DNA of 64,000 bases from Daphnia carinata. Lineage: Eukaryota. The DNA lies in assembly GCF_022539665.2 (NCBI RefSeq), contig NC_081333.1:2852001-2916000 (forward strand), in the 5' to 3' direction. The position numbers and the translations under genes were made by a program. This document shows, one piece after another, positions 1-15,400 of this stretch; position 1 is the stretch's first letter, and every line of letters starts with the position of its first letter. A model generated the notes under the pieces. The model searched no databases. It was not told the DNA's origin and was given only the letters and a program-made list of their open reading frames with translations.

Positions 1-2334
<2,334 letters not shown>

Positions 2335-3153
2335 TGCTGGCGAACAGGGAAATCTTGCTCTCCTCCGAATCGAAACACGGATATTGAGATTACACTTCAG
2401 ACATCGAGGAAGATGAATGTCACATGTGGTTCAACTGTGCATTTAAGCAATCCAAAATAAAACAAGAACAAGAATCCTTTGTCAATTGTTTTGTAGTCCA
2501 AACGGGACTTAATACACTTTTTCAGGCAGCCATGTCAGCTAGATGAAAAAGTCCATGATTGTCCCTCTAGTGGATCAAGGAAACAACTAGTGTAAAGTAA
2601 ATAATAAGCAAACCTCGGAGGCAAAGCATAATAGAACCAAAACAAACTGCCTCTCCTGCTTCTTTATGCTTGATTATTTGTATTTTTTTCCAAACAAGAA
2701 ATATCTTTCAAATTCTTTCTATTTAGGAAACTATTTCTAAAAATAGTGAACGTGCAAAGGCCGAGAATGCGCAGGACTTTAACCGTATAATTCGTATTTA
2801 AGCCACTGTATTAGTGCTTATCAAAGATTGCGGCGGTTTGTTGTTGTTGTTGCTGTAATGGCGATGTGATTTTTCAAGGCTATTATTGCTTATCAATATG
2901 ATATATATTGGAATCATGAAATTCGTATTCAATTTTCCAAATTGAAACAACTTTGACAAGAACTGCAAAGAAGGGAAAGATTCTGTTTAGTCCTACCTTC
3001 TAAACCGGGCTTCCTTTACCTCTACAGTTTGTTATTAAAACAAAATAAGCAAGGGAATCTAGGGTGCTAGGGATACGTGTTTCGGCTTCCGCGTGTAAAT
3101 TATTTTTGTTAGAGCAAGTGTTGGACCACAAACTTGGTAAACAAATGGGTACC

Positions 3154-4563
3154 ATGGATAGCGCAATTGCGCCTATTGCCAATATAAAGTTTGATATCGA
3201 AGTTGCTTTAGGTAGGAGAAATAATAAATACATTCATACCATTTCTATTTATGTATACTAAATTATGCATATAGAGCAACAGCTTGGAGCCCAAAATTTA
3301 CCATTTCCTGGGATGGACAGTAAGAATAAAATTAGTTGACAAATGCACATCAAAATGCCTTTGTTGTACTTCACCTTGATTCCAGATTTGCAATAATACA
3401 TTGATTAAATTCTGGCTCCTATTAGAATCAACTGCAATGGTGTGTACCCTTTTCACTAAAGGTCAATGCCAAAGAGGGAGTTTTTGTCCATACAGACACC
3501 TAAGAGCAGATAGGACAATTGTGTGCAAGCATTGGCTACGTGGTTTGTGCAAAAAGGGAGATCAATGTGAATTTCTCCATGAATTTGACATGGCTAAGAT
3601 GCCTGAATGCTATTTTTATGCAAGATTCAGTAAGCTTTAAAGTAAAAGATAAAAGAGAGGCAGGAATTTGAAATGATAATTCTTTTCCAGGTGCTTGCCA
3701 TAACAAAGAATGCCCTTTTCTGCATATTGACCCAGAAACAAAGATCAAAGATTGCCCATGGTATGACAGAGGTTTCTGTCGCCATGGCCCAACGTGCCGC
3801 CACCGTCACGTTCGACGTAATAGATTTTGCATCGTTTTCCAAAGACATTTTCCATTTATACACCTTTGTTTCTAGGTGTACTATGCATGAACTACACTGC
3901 GGGATTCTGTCCCGATGGCCCCGAGTGCAAATTTGTCCAGTAATAGCAGAAGATTAGCTTTTTAAAAATTTCTTTTTAAAACTAATTTTACAACTATTCT
4001 ATAGCCCGAGATTCGAATTACCTCCTTTACCCGACGACATTAAGGGTGACAAGAGGAAGATGCCTCTGGTTTGTCATTTCTGTGGAGAAGTGGGACACAA
4101 AGCTGGTAAACTTATACTCCTATATTTTACAAGGTCATAGTGTCAAGAACCGATCATCTATTTTTTTTTAAATTCTTCGTAGCACAATGTCCAAAAATTC
4201 CATCGGAATCCAAGGATATCTATCGTACTCCAGCAGATGCCTCTACGCACGCTAGTAATGCTTCTCAAGCCCAAAGAGATCGGACTAATTTAAGACCCTT
4301 GGATGAAGTCACTTGCTACAGAGTAAAAAAAGATATATACCTTTGTTTAGACGTGTCCTTTCTCACGAACCTAATTCGTTTTCTCCTTTCTTTAAAAGTG
4401 TGGGCTTCGCGGACACTACGCAAATAGGTAAAACTGAACTTTAACTAATAGCTGTTTCTGTATTTAAATATCATACCTTTCATGATTTAATGTTTATTCG
4501 AACAGATGTAACAAAGGACACTTGGCTTTCCTGAGTAATCAGCCAACAGAGGAAAGAAGTTAA
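3154..4563 (+). CDS. CPSF4: Cleavage and polyadenylation specificity factor 4 (CPSF30/Clipper): five CCCH fingers and two CCHC knuckles
   Basis: Exons 3154-3211, 3275-3319, 3426-3629, 3691-3816, 3876-3939, 4005-4105, 4183-4322, 4399-4427, 4506-4563. Motifs EQQLGAQNLPFPGMDKS, VCKHWLRGLCKKGDQCEFLHEFD, CHFCGEVGHKAAQC, CYRCGLRGHYANRC. An alternative in-frame ATG lies at 3145; AATAAA at ~4604. Confidence 0.96.
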
Positions 4564-4717
4564 CATAGGATTACAATTCATTTCCAACACTGTCTGTTCA
4601 TTCAATAAATACAATTTCGAAATCTCTAAAAAGAAAAAAAAAGCAGAAAAAAAATTATAAGGGAAGTCACAACACTAATAAATGATTTTAGTAATAATGG
4701 TGGTTATGTGAAGAATC

Positions 4718-6441
4718 TTAGATATAGGTAGGGGCGTTCGTGAGGGAGGTAGAACAGGCAGCGCATTTCTCAGCCTCAGGTATGTTCACTAACGTGCAGT
4801 TGGAGCATTCACGCCCGCCGCGGAACAGAGGCTGACTTTCCGATCCCTTGTGCCTAGATTTGGAACACATGTCGCAGATTTCTCTGTCATCAGGATTTAG
4901 GAAAGTACAGAACAGACATTCCCACCCAGTTAACTGTGGAATGGAAAGAATATAGGTTTGTGATTGTTTTTTTTTTATAACTTTAAACAATCGAATTCAA
5001 TTCGTTTACGTTACCTTGGCCGAATTCAAATTTTGGTTAATGGGTCTTCCACTAAACGGTGTGGCTTCTTTGGGCTTAGCTCCAATCGGTGACGAGCCAG
5101 AATTTTGCCTGTTGGTTATTTTCGAAGATCCAACAACAACTTTTTCCGGGGTCCGATTGATGTTTCCTTCAGACAACTCTCTAATGGCCGAAGGGGAATT
5201 TTTCTCTTCTTTTTGTTTGTATCTTCTGTCCTCTTTTGGCCTCTCGATAGTAGTGCTGCTTGGGTTAATGTTATCGACTTCATCATAGCAAAGCTGTTCC
5301 AAGCGATCAATATCCAACAAGCTATCGAATTTCGGTATACTCTTCATCTCACGTGCAAAAGAGTTATTCCAGACTTCGAAGGTTTCATGCATTTTTTGTC
5401 CCTCCAGACTCCTTGGTTCCAGCGACCTAGCTGTATTGTTTGTTGAGTTTGATTGGGGTAGAGTCTTGGGTAGATATAGCTCTTTTTGTTCCGCTGAGAG
5501 AGAATAGTTGAACGCTGGTTTTGCGTATTGCTGGTACATCATGTGATAGGGGAAGGCACTTGGATACATTTCTTGAGGTCCCAAGTAAGAAGGAGCAGGT
5601 GCTGGTGGATTGAAATTGTAGTGACTTTCTTTCTGTGCACTTTGATACATCAGACCCCTTACACAGTGGTTTACTGATCCAACGTAACTGTCGCGGAAAT
5701 CAAATATGGATATCCATGAGCAGGGTCTTGTGCTAACACTCAGTGCAGCATGGATCTCACATAAAATCTGAAAATTTACACTGTTAGTTGTTAAATTGTA
5801 AATTCAAGAAATATATTAACAACCTGGGATTCTACTTCTGCAAGAAGGCAGTCCCTGTGACTGATAATGACTCTATCATAATCCAAGACCCCTTGAATTA
5901 TTAGACGGTTATACTCTAAATCTAGAGTATAACCCATTTCCATCAAAATTTCTTCTGCTCCAATCAGCTGTTGCTCAATTTGATATTTGAAGGCTCCACT
6001 ATATAACTACATAAAACAATTAAAAAATAGTAAACACAGAACTTTAGGTTGTTATTTACCCTGATTTCATTGAATTCTTTCCTCCATGGTTGACCAAGTA
6101 AATTTGCTGCATATGTTGCAAGCATTTCCCATGCATGCCTAAACCTGTTTGGACTGAAGTGCTCACTCCTCCTAAGTATAGAGGTGTAAAGTACTGCTTT
6201 GGTGGTGGTGGAGTAAAATCTTTGATTGGAGGTGACCAGGCATAAGTATTCCTTCATAAAACCTAATAATTTGGGTAAAGGGTAATCAGGCACCTGAAAT
6301 AGGTTAGTTCTTGATATTCTAGTCACCTTTAAGTTTTCTCTTTTGCTCTATCCTCTGTGGACTTTCTTCAGTTTGAAGACAGCTTAAATGTAACTTATCA
6401 ATCTGCATCCACAGATCATTTATTACTTCCAAGTTAACCAT
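4718..6441 (-). CDS. tamo: Tamozhennic / SPATA2-like protein: N-terminal PUB-like domain and two C-terminal RanBP2-type zinc fingers
   Basis: Exons 6441-6327, 6262-6060, 6006-5824, 5767-5015, 4933-4718. AWEMLATYAANLLGQPWRKEFNEIRLYSGAF is SPATA2/tamo PUB-like. WECLFCTFLN..CDMC and ECSNCTLVN..CAAC are NZF-type fingers. Confidence 0.85.
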
Positions 6442-7373
6442 AGCGAAAATGGTGAAAGATGAAAAGAAAAATATGCTGGAAAACACAGCACATCTGGGTC
6501 GTAAGCTGTCTGCTGCCTCCGGACGTTTTGGTTCCGGCAACAGAAGAGGTTTCAGCCCTTATTTGGTTGCGTCATTTCATTGGATAACATCGATAACACG
6601 CGCGAGGTAAAAAGAAAAACTGAATACGTATATGAAATTTCAAATAGTATGTTGCTCATAGATAGTAGGCTGTGTGATTCACTGTTTTAGTAACCTAGTC
6701 ACTACTCAGCCCCATATGGTGGAACACTAAAATCGAACGTTGGCCTTCCTGAGCTGCTAGTCTACCCAAATTTCGGTAATACCACCTAAAGTTTTTACTG
6801 TCAGTTTTGCTTTACTTAATTTTTCGGTTCTGCAATGCCAAATATTTTACATACCGCTATTTGTCTCTTTTCATTGTACATTTACATCATAGGGCCAAAC
6901 ATTCTAAGAAGACTACCAACATTTGATGGCACATCAATTTAATGAAAGCGAAAATTACAGAGAAAGGTACAGACGAAGAAATGCCATTCTACTAACGGAA
7001 ATATTGCTTTTGAGCTCGAGTATTTAAATAATATAATGAAGAAGGCGAATATCGAGTGAGTGGCCCACAAATTTTGAGGCTTAAAAATAAATCTTCGGGT
7101 TGTCTTCCAACCAATGAAAGCACGGATATGGTCACGTGATTGTGTTGGTACAAACAAACAGCCGAAACAAAACTCAAGTAGCTATGAATCACTTAAATTT
7201 CGCAATTAGGAATTAAAATCTACTGGTACACAGACGTCTTTGGCAAAACCGCGTGCTATCTCCTGCAATTGGTTAACCACTAAGCTGAAGAACAGTTTAT
7301 GCTTCGTAACATCTGAGCTTTTCAGTAAAAAAGTTCTTAATCTTCATAATAGTACTGTCAAGAAACATTCGCG

Positions 7374-8298
7374 ATGGATTTCTTCGCAAAAAAACCAACC
7401 ATGAAAAGTATTCGTATTTGTGCTTTGTCGTTGCTATATCATTAGGTACCTTCTTCCAATACAGAATGTAAAATTCAGTATTTTTCTCTTTTTCTGACAG
7501 AACAAATGCATGATGTGGATAGGCAGCTGAGGAAAACTGGAAGAGAGGTTGATAGGGATAGACGAGAATTAGAGAAGGAGGAAAAGAAATTGGTAAATAA
7601 CATATTATTTCATTATGTCATATACTATATGATTAAAGGTTTAGGAGATGGAGATTAAAAATGCAGCAAAAACTGGAAATAAGCAAGCTTGCACAGTACT
7701 AGCCAAACAATTGGTACAACTTCGAAAACAAAAAGAGCGGACATATGCTGCCAATAGCAAGGTATATGAATTTCTGTCTAAAAATATTCTTTTTTCATTT
7801 CTGCTATTCATAGTGTCTGATTTTCTTTTGTCCAATTGTAGATTACCTCAATAAATTCCCAAACAAAAGTAATGGGTGCTAACATGAAACTAGCTGGAGC
7901 TATGACAACCGCTACTCAAAGTATGGTGGCAATGAACAAAACCCTGAAGCCAGAACAGTTGAGTCGAACTATGCAGGAGTTTGGCAAAGCTTCCACCCAA
8001 ATGGAAATGACTGAAGAGATGATGAGTGATGCCTTGGATGACATTTTGAATGAAAGTGGAGATGAGGAAGCAGGTGATTCTATTGTCCAGCAAGTTCTGG
8101 ATGAAATTGGCATTGACATATCCTCAAAGGCAAGTGATCTATAAAATTTGGTCTTACCTTCTGATATGACATTTGAACTTCCTTATTACACTCTAGGTTT
8201 CCAAAGCGCCATCTGCTCCATCCAGGCTGGGTGCGTCTTCTGCCACAGATAACGAATTTGCAGATTTGGAAAAACAATTGGCCAAACTGAAAAGTTAA
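7374..8298 (+). CDS. CHMP2B: ESCRT-III subunit CHMP2B (Snf7 family)
   Basis: Exons 7374-7407, 7501-7592, 7645-7761, 7842-8129, 8197-8298; the last intron is GC-AG. Motifs EIKNAAKTGNKQACTVLAKQLVQLRKQK, IVQQVLDEIGIDISSK and MIM-like C-terminus DLEKQLAKLKS. Confidence 0.95.
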
Positions 8299-9482
8299 TT
8301 ATCGAGGAATCGATCCTCCATGATTATTATTGCCTTGTGCGACTATCGCCGGTGCCCGAGTACTATTAACATTCTTATCTCTTCGTATTCAATTATGTCT
8401 ATATCGTTCGAAAAGGTATTGTTTTCAGAATAAATAAGGAAAATACCCTTCATTTCAACTTTCAACTTATATTTGTGATTGTACCATAACTTCGTCACTA
8501 GAAATGTTGATACTACCCATCAATGTTTTTTTTTTCGACTGTCAACAAATAGGTCTGCTCGTCTGCTGTACGCCGCATTTCCAAATAATTGCAAACTTTG
8601 ACAACAATTCAATTACAGCATCAGCATGGCCACATATATTCATATTACAGAACAGGAGCAATTATCAAAACATGACACAGCATGTGGGTAATTATTATTA
8701 TTTTTTTTTCATTTTGTTATGCTTTATTTGTTTTGGATTTGGTTTTGGCACTTTCACACTTGTGTGCAGAATGTACAAACGAGAGCTCGTCGCGTTGCAT
8801 CAAACAAAGACATATTGCACGTACACGATTGTCGACGAGTCAAAAACTTGAAATATTGTGGCGGTGGTTATTTCAACACTATTTCTCACTCACACTCATC
8901 CACTTGCACTAGCGTTTCCAGTTATTATGCCACCTCCGCCGACGGTGTAAAGATACGCCAAAGTTTCGAGACGACGATGTGAGCTGATCGACGTTCCACG
9001 TTAGCAAAACCAAAACCCCAAAGTTGAACCAACACTTTCACGCGCATACTCCTATTACACGTACGTTCATGCTGGGCACAGATTTTTTTCAAACTAGATG
9101 TGAAATTATTTGTTGAATCGAAAGAGACTGAAGTTACATTTGTTATATAGAGGAAGAAAGGGACAGAGCAAAAAGGATAAATAAAGTGAAAAAAAATTGG
9201 AAGAGATAGGGAAGCAGATGAGAGAAGACTATAGAAGGAGCACATACCACACTGGCTTGCTTGAAGCGTTGACAAATAGATATCGACCAGTGGCACGGCA
9301 GCGATGTCAAATTTTTTCTTTTCTTTTTCTTTTCTTAGAAACAAAACAAAATATTTCGAGCAAATTTTTTGTTTTAAGTTTGGCCATGCCATAAGGTGAA
9401 AAATTTGAGTCTATATATATATATCCCAATCCCCAGAGGGGACTGCCTTATTTTATAGCATTTTCAAAGGATAACGAGGTCG

Positions 9483-12400
9483 TCAAACATTATCGCCGAC
9501 ATCGATGGAGAGCGGAGGAAGGACTGTGTAGAGCGTGGCCGGCGGCGGGGGAGAAGGGATGTCGGACGGGAGCGACATCGACGGACGCGACGACGTGTCG
9601 AACGGAGGCGGCGGAGCGAACGGTCGTCGCTCGTGGTTGATGTTGGGCGGCCTCCGTCGCTGCCTCTTCCGGTGGCAGACGATGCACAAAGTCATGAGCA
9701 GAGTCAGGGCACAAGCGCCCAGCGTCAATATCAGCAGCACGGACGAGGATTCTTCACCTGTGACCGTAGCGGCACCTTTTTGGAACGAAACAGAGCATTA
9801 ATCAAATGACGCCATTTACCTAGCTGTTAAGAAATATCAATTGTTGTTGCAAAATAATGAAGTGGAAAGAACGAGAAAGAGGTTTGAAAAACAAAAAAAG
9901 AGAATCAAAGCAAAAGCGTAGAAGAAAGTAGTTATTAGTACATGGGAATTTCATTCCTTGTGTTTTTGGGGAGGCGGACACCGCGTCTGGAGGAGAACAC
10001 TGGCTGGGCCGGTAGCAAAATACAGACGAGCAACAGTCAGGGTTGGAAGAAAGATGTGGGGAAAGTGTGACGAGGAAATTTCAAAGTGAAAAATTAAAGT
10101 AATTGGTGCTGGTTTGTTTTCGGGGTTTTTGTGTCTTAAAAAAAAACAAGGAAAAAATGGTTTTAAGGTTAGAAAAAAAAAAAAAAAAAAAAAAAGGGAA
10201 ATGAAATGAATTGGTGAAATTGAGGAAGAATTTAGTGAAGCAACTGAACAAAAATAACAAAAAACAAGACCAGGGAATTAAGTGTGGATTGATATCGGAC
10301 GCCTCCACCTGAGAAATCTCGTCGGAGAAGGAGAAAGAAAAGAAGAGTGTAAGTGATCAATCAGCGAGAGACATCCAATAAAGATACAAGAAGAAAAGGC
10401 GACTTTTGGTTTTACATGCGCTTTTTCTTTTTAGTTTATAGTTTGTTTTGTTTTTGTTTAAAATTGTGGTAGAAAAGGTTAAAGAGAAATACAGTATACA
10501 ACGGTACGAATATATACACAATAGCTAACGGCAATGAGGCGCGATAGGAAAAGAACATACAGTGCGTCCCCTCGTCGGAATTATCGTTGAGTCCGCAATT
10601 CGGATTTCCGTCGCACTCCAGCTGTTTGGCTATGCAAAACGTGCTGTTTGCGCAACGGAAGTAGAGGCCGCCATCATCGCAATCGTAACCGCCGACCAGA
10701 GCTGGAATCTTAACCTCCGTCCAAATTGCCCGGAAGCCTTTACCGCCGGCCACTTTATCGGCAGTTGTGAATCTAATTTACGAGCAATCAAGAATCATTC
10801 CATTTGCAAAAATTGATTTGATGTGATGCCTCTCTGATTTCTTTCTTACGTGATTTTCATGGCGTTGCCTTCAGACATGAACGTCTCGTGTTCTTCTTTC
10901 AGTTTTTCGCCGCAGATTTCCACAGGCGGTTCGTCTAGCCTCTTCCAAACGCGCACGGCTGCCATTGCGCATCCCCGAGCTAACCGAAAAAAAAAATACG
11001 TCCATTCACAAATGAAAAGAAGGCCAGTCAATAACAAGAAAAAAGAAAAACAACCAGAACTGACTCTCCAATTCGCCTTCGATGGAGAACGACTCAAAGT
11101 GAAGAAGAATGCGATGATCCCTGGCCGACTGGATCTGCCAAGAGCAGCTGAGGAGGCCCGAGCTGCGATCATACTTCTCGGGCCACTTGGGGCTAGTGAA
11201 CACGCCGCTGGCGGCTCCCGGAACGCTCAGATTACTGCCGCAGTCTGCATTACGTGAAAAAAGAAAAGAAAAGGGACCCCGTAGCAGGAGCCGATCGAGC
11301 GTCGTATAAATTGATGGACGAGAAAGAAAAAAATTCTACGTAGTAGTAGTTCTAATGCGGTTTCTTGTTGCCACCGCTAGGGAATCAAAGAGAAAGAGTT
11401 CACTCACCTCTATTGATCGAGATGTTCTCGTCGAACATGTACCTGGCCTTGAAGCCGTTAAAGACGCCTTCTTCGTCCGTGCGCAAGACGACCTTATCGG
11501 CGAAATAACATTTAAAAAATCAATTAAACTGTTGTCCAAAAACGAGAAATACTTGAGGCATTTTACCCTCAATCCAATCGTTCCTGGATCGGATTCAACT
11601 GGTCCAGGGTATGAATCCCCACAATAGCGGCCTAGTAGAACTTCCTTGCCTCCATAAAAAACATTGTAGATTTCGACCCAATCTTCTTGGCAATAGGAGC
11701 CGTAAAAGACGGTCGTGTCGTTGGCTCTGACTTTGAACTGATCAAAGTAAAGCCTGGCGTTTTCGTCCGGTCCGGCCAGGACAAAGTTGTAGGTGCACGT
11801 CAGGTTGGACGGGTAGCGAGCCGGATGTCGAGGTGAGTTGAATTCGCCTCGCTTCCTGCTGACGCTCATGTAGGTGAAATTGCATCCGCCCAGCGGCGAC
11901 GGCGTCCCCGGTATCGAATACTCTATTTTTTTTTTTTTTTTTAAATTAAACCATTATTAATAATAATTAAAACAATAAAATCATTAATTTTTACCTGTGG
12001 CAAAGAGGAATCTGGCTTTGAAGCCGGAGCCCTGCGTCTGACCGCTGGAGAAGATCATGGACAACCGCTGGCCTTCCGACCAGTAAGGTGAGCTGACGTT
12101 GTTGCTGCACAGTTCGTGGTCGTGCTTCTCGTACAAATACGGCACGCTTATATCTTGACCTTTTAAATAAATCCTCAAAAAGCCATCCGAACATCTATTA
12201 CAAAAAGAAAAAACACGTGCTTATTCCAAGGCGAAGCAAACCTGAATGAAATGAATACGCACGTCGAATCAGCTGACGGGATGTCGAATTTTTCGAAATC
12301 GAGCCGAATGCGCTCGAAATGCTGCTCGTCCTGTAGGCCGTAGACGTTGTATTTGCAGACGATGCCGGGGATGTAGGGAAACGGGTAGTTGGGGCTGTAG

Positions 12401-15400
12401 ACGACGGCCGACGAGCCTTTACGGCTCAGAATCGTCTGGTCGCATTCGGACCCTCTGTCGTGCTTGCTATCCTCCCGACTAATGAAATCTACCGAGTTCC
12501 ACAGTTCATTAGTTAAGAGACGCTATTGACATTATTGTTAGTTGCGTGATTTTTCTTGGCTTCGTTACCGAGTTTGACGAAACTCTCGCTGAACTCGAAC
12601 TTGGCGAGAAAGCCGCGGTTCTGCGAGTCGGCCGTCCGCTTGAGCGTCGTGAACGTGACGAGCAAATGGTGCTCGGTCGAGTAGATGACCACGTTGCGTT
12701 GCTGGCCGCAATAGCGTCCAATCAGCGGAGCTTTGGCATCCAACCCGTCGTAGACGTCGACAGCGTCTAGCGGGCAACTGTATCAAATCATTTTATTTCG
12801 TTAGTTAAAAATGGAAATAAATAATAATTAATTTAAAAGGGAACGTACTGAGGGCCTCCGTAGAAAGTGTCAAAGTCCCTGAATTCGATCCGGATGCGCT
12901 GTCCTTTCTTGCCGGCAAACTTGTAGGCACACGTCAGGTCTTTGGGGTAGACGCCCGGGTAGGTGGGCGTCATGATGTCGCCTTGCCGCTTCACCAGTCC
13001 GTCGATCGAGAAGTTGCACGTCGTCCGCGGAACGGGCGTCCCCACTTGGAATTGATCTACAATTCAGAAAAAAAAAAAAATTCAATTATTCGTGATCTAT
13101 TTATTTCTTTTGTCCCGCAACCCCGAAAAAAAAAATGGCTGATCATCACAGATGGACCCAACATCTGATCACGTCATCGATGGCTTCCATTTTGATGTTG
13201 AGTCATCTGGTAGAACACAGATGAAACCCATCAATGACAGACCCAACGTCTGTTTAACATTATGATTGCCTCTTTTTTCTTGAATATTTGCATACGAAAC
13301 GACGGATCGCAAACAAACAGCGTCCGAACAAATGGCTTATACGAGAAACTAGGATCAACATGGTCCATCGTAAACGATGTGTTTACCGTCTTTGAAGAAG
13401 AGATAGGTGCCCTGGAAGAGGAGATCGTCGCCGATGCTCGAGTTCTTGTCGGTAAAAAAGGCCACAACGGCCGTTCTGTAAAGCGAGACCCGACGACGGG
13501 GCGGAATTTGACCGCAATAACGGCCACCAAATGGCGAATGGATCAGATCCATCGGCTCCGAGTCGGGAATCTCCGTATAAAGGTCGATGTATTCGTGACT
13601 GCACCTAATATCAGACAAAAACAACAGAAGACGATTAGCTGTGAATGTAGTGCGATTGAAGGTTATGTATTTTAATTTGTTTAAAGGGACTTTTTTTTTT
13701 AAAGGGGGAAAGGACCCAGAAGAAATAAAGGAGATGGTAAATCTATTGTTCTTTTTACTTTTTATGCGCATCGCAGACACGGACTATAAAATAGCGGCAT
13801 AAATGCAGCAGTTCAAATCAAAAAGAGGAGATCCCCTTCTTTTTTTTTTTTTAAACGTCAATATAAATTCGGTTTCGTACGGGTTCCCTCTTTACACCAT
13901 TTCTTTTAAGCCACTAGAGAAGAAGACGTGACAGGTTCTATCCTATCAGCTCCATCTTGTCTCTCAAAAAAAAAAAATAGACGGACGCGAAGGGACAAGA
14001 GCATCTCTATTTCTCTAGCTGCAAATGACAATTGATGTCTCTAGGTTTTACGATAACATAGCTAAAAGATAATGCTCTCACATTTTTTTTTTCTTCGACC
14101 ATCTTTCATACGAAAACTTGAGATTCCTCTTTGCTCTTAATTGTTGACTTGATTTCTCCAGCATTGCGAGCGACTCCAAATGAGCTTTTTTTTCAAATGT
14201 AACTAATAGATAAGAAAAACAAAGCCCAGTCGTTGTCTCGAGACTCTTTCAAGTGCCAATAAAGAGAGAAAACAAAAGAAAACAAAAGAACGGAGCTGCT
14301 GGCGATGGCTAGTAGCCAATAAACAAGGGCTATCCGGTCTCTGTATAGCGAACCCCAGTAAAAACAAAATGCGTTGCAACGCAACAGAGTATGAAGAAGA
14401 AAGAAAGGAAGACGCGTCAGATGTACTTTATACAACTGCATATTGTCCTGGATTGAAACGCGGAAACGGAAAGCTTGCCACCCTCCTCTCGACGTTACAT
14501 AGGGCGAAAGAAAAATAGGGGGGGGGGGGGGAGGGGGGCGCAATATCAAAGGTCGTTGGGGATTTTTTTTTCTTTTTTTTTCAAGACGTCAATTTGAGCA
14601 CGTCGCAAAATATAAAACATAGGAGGCAGTAGCGTCTCTTGCAGAGGGGCCGTTGTATATCTAATCCCTGTGCCACATACATACGCGCATAGACAGCACA
14701 AACAAACAATCAATACTCTTGATCTATCAGCATTCGTCCGGAACACGCGAGTGGCGGCTGCACGAACAAACCCACTTAAATACACAGACAAGACACTGCC
14801 AGCGGATAATAATAAAAAAAAAATAAAAGAAAGAAATGAACCTCGGAACCAAAGACGAGACAGAAAAAAAAATCGAGAAAAATAATAAAGAAGAAGAAAA
14901 AAGAAGAACGGAAATCACGCGACGTGTAGAGCCAATCTGACGCTAATGTGAACAGGATTTTCCGTTCGAGTGTAACAAACTAAAAGAGACAAAAATAGAG
15001 GAACCAGTCAACAATACCCCCCCCCCCCCCCCCCCAAAAAAAAAAGAAGAGAAAGTTAAAAGAATAAACAAGACAAACTAGAAAAAAGAAACAAAAAACA
15101 AAAACGTTTTCAAGACGACCTTATTCCAATTCCCTGAAAGCCTATCATTAAATGCCGCCATTTTGTTTTCGTCTGCTCGCCTTCGAGAGTAGTATTTGGC
15201 ATGCAGTCATTGCGTCAGGAATGCCGACCAATCGAGAAGCACATCAGTGACAGTCTATTACTTTTCGATTCCAATCGATTCTTTTGTCTAAGCAAATTTC
15301 AAGTTACATTTCAAAGCTCGAGTTTAAGTGGGGAAAGAATCTTGCAGTACAATGAAAAAAAAAAAAATAAATCAAAAAAGATCAAATAGCGAATGTAAAT

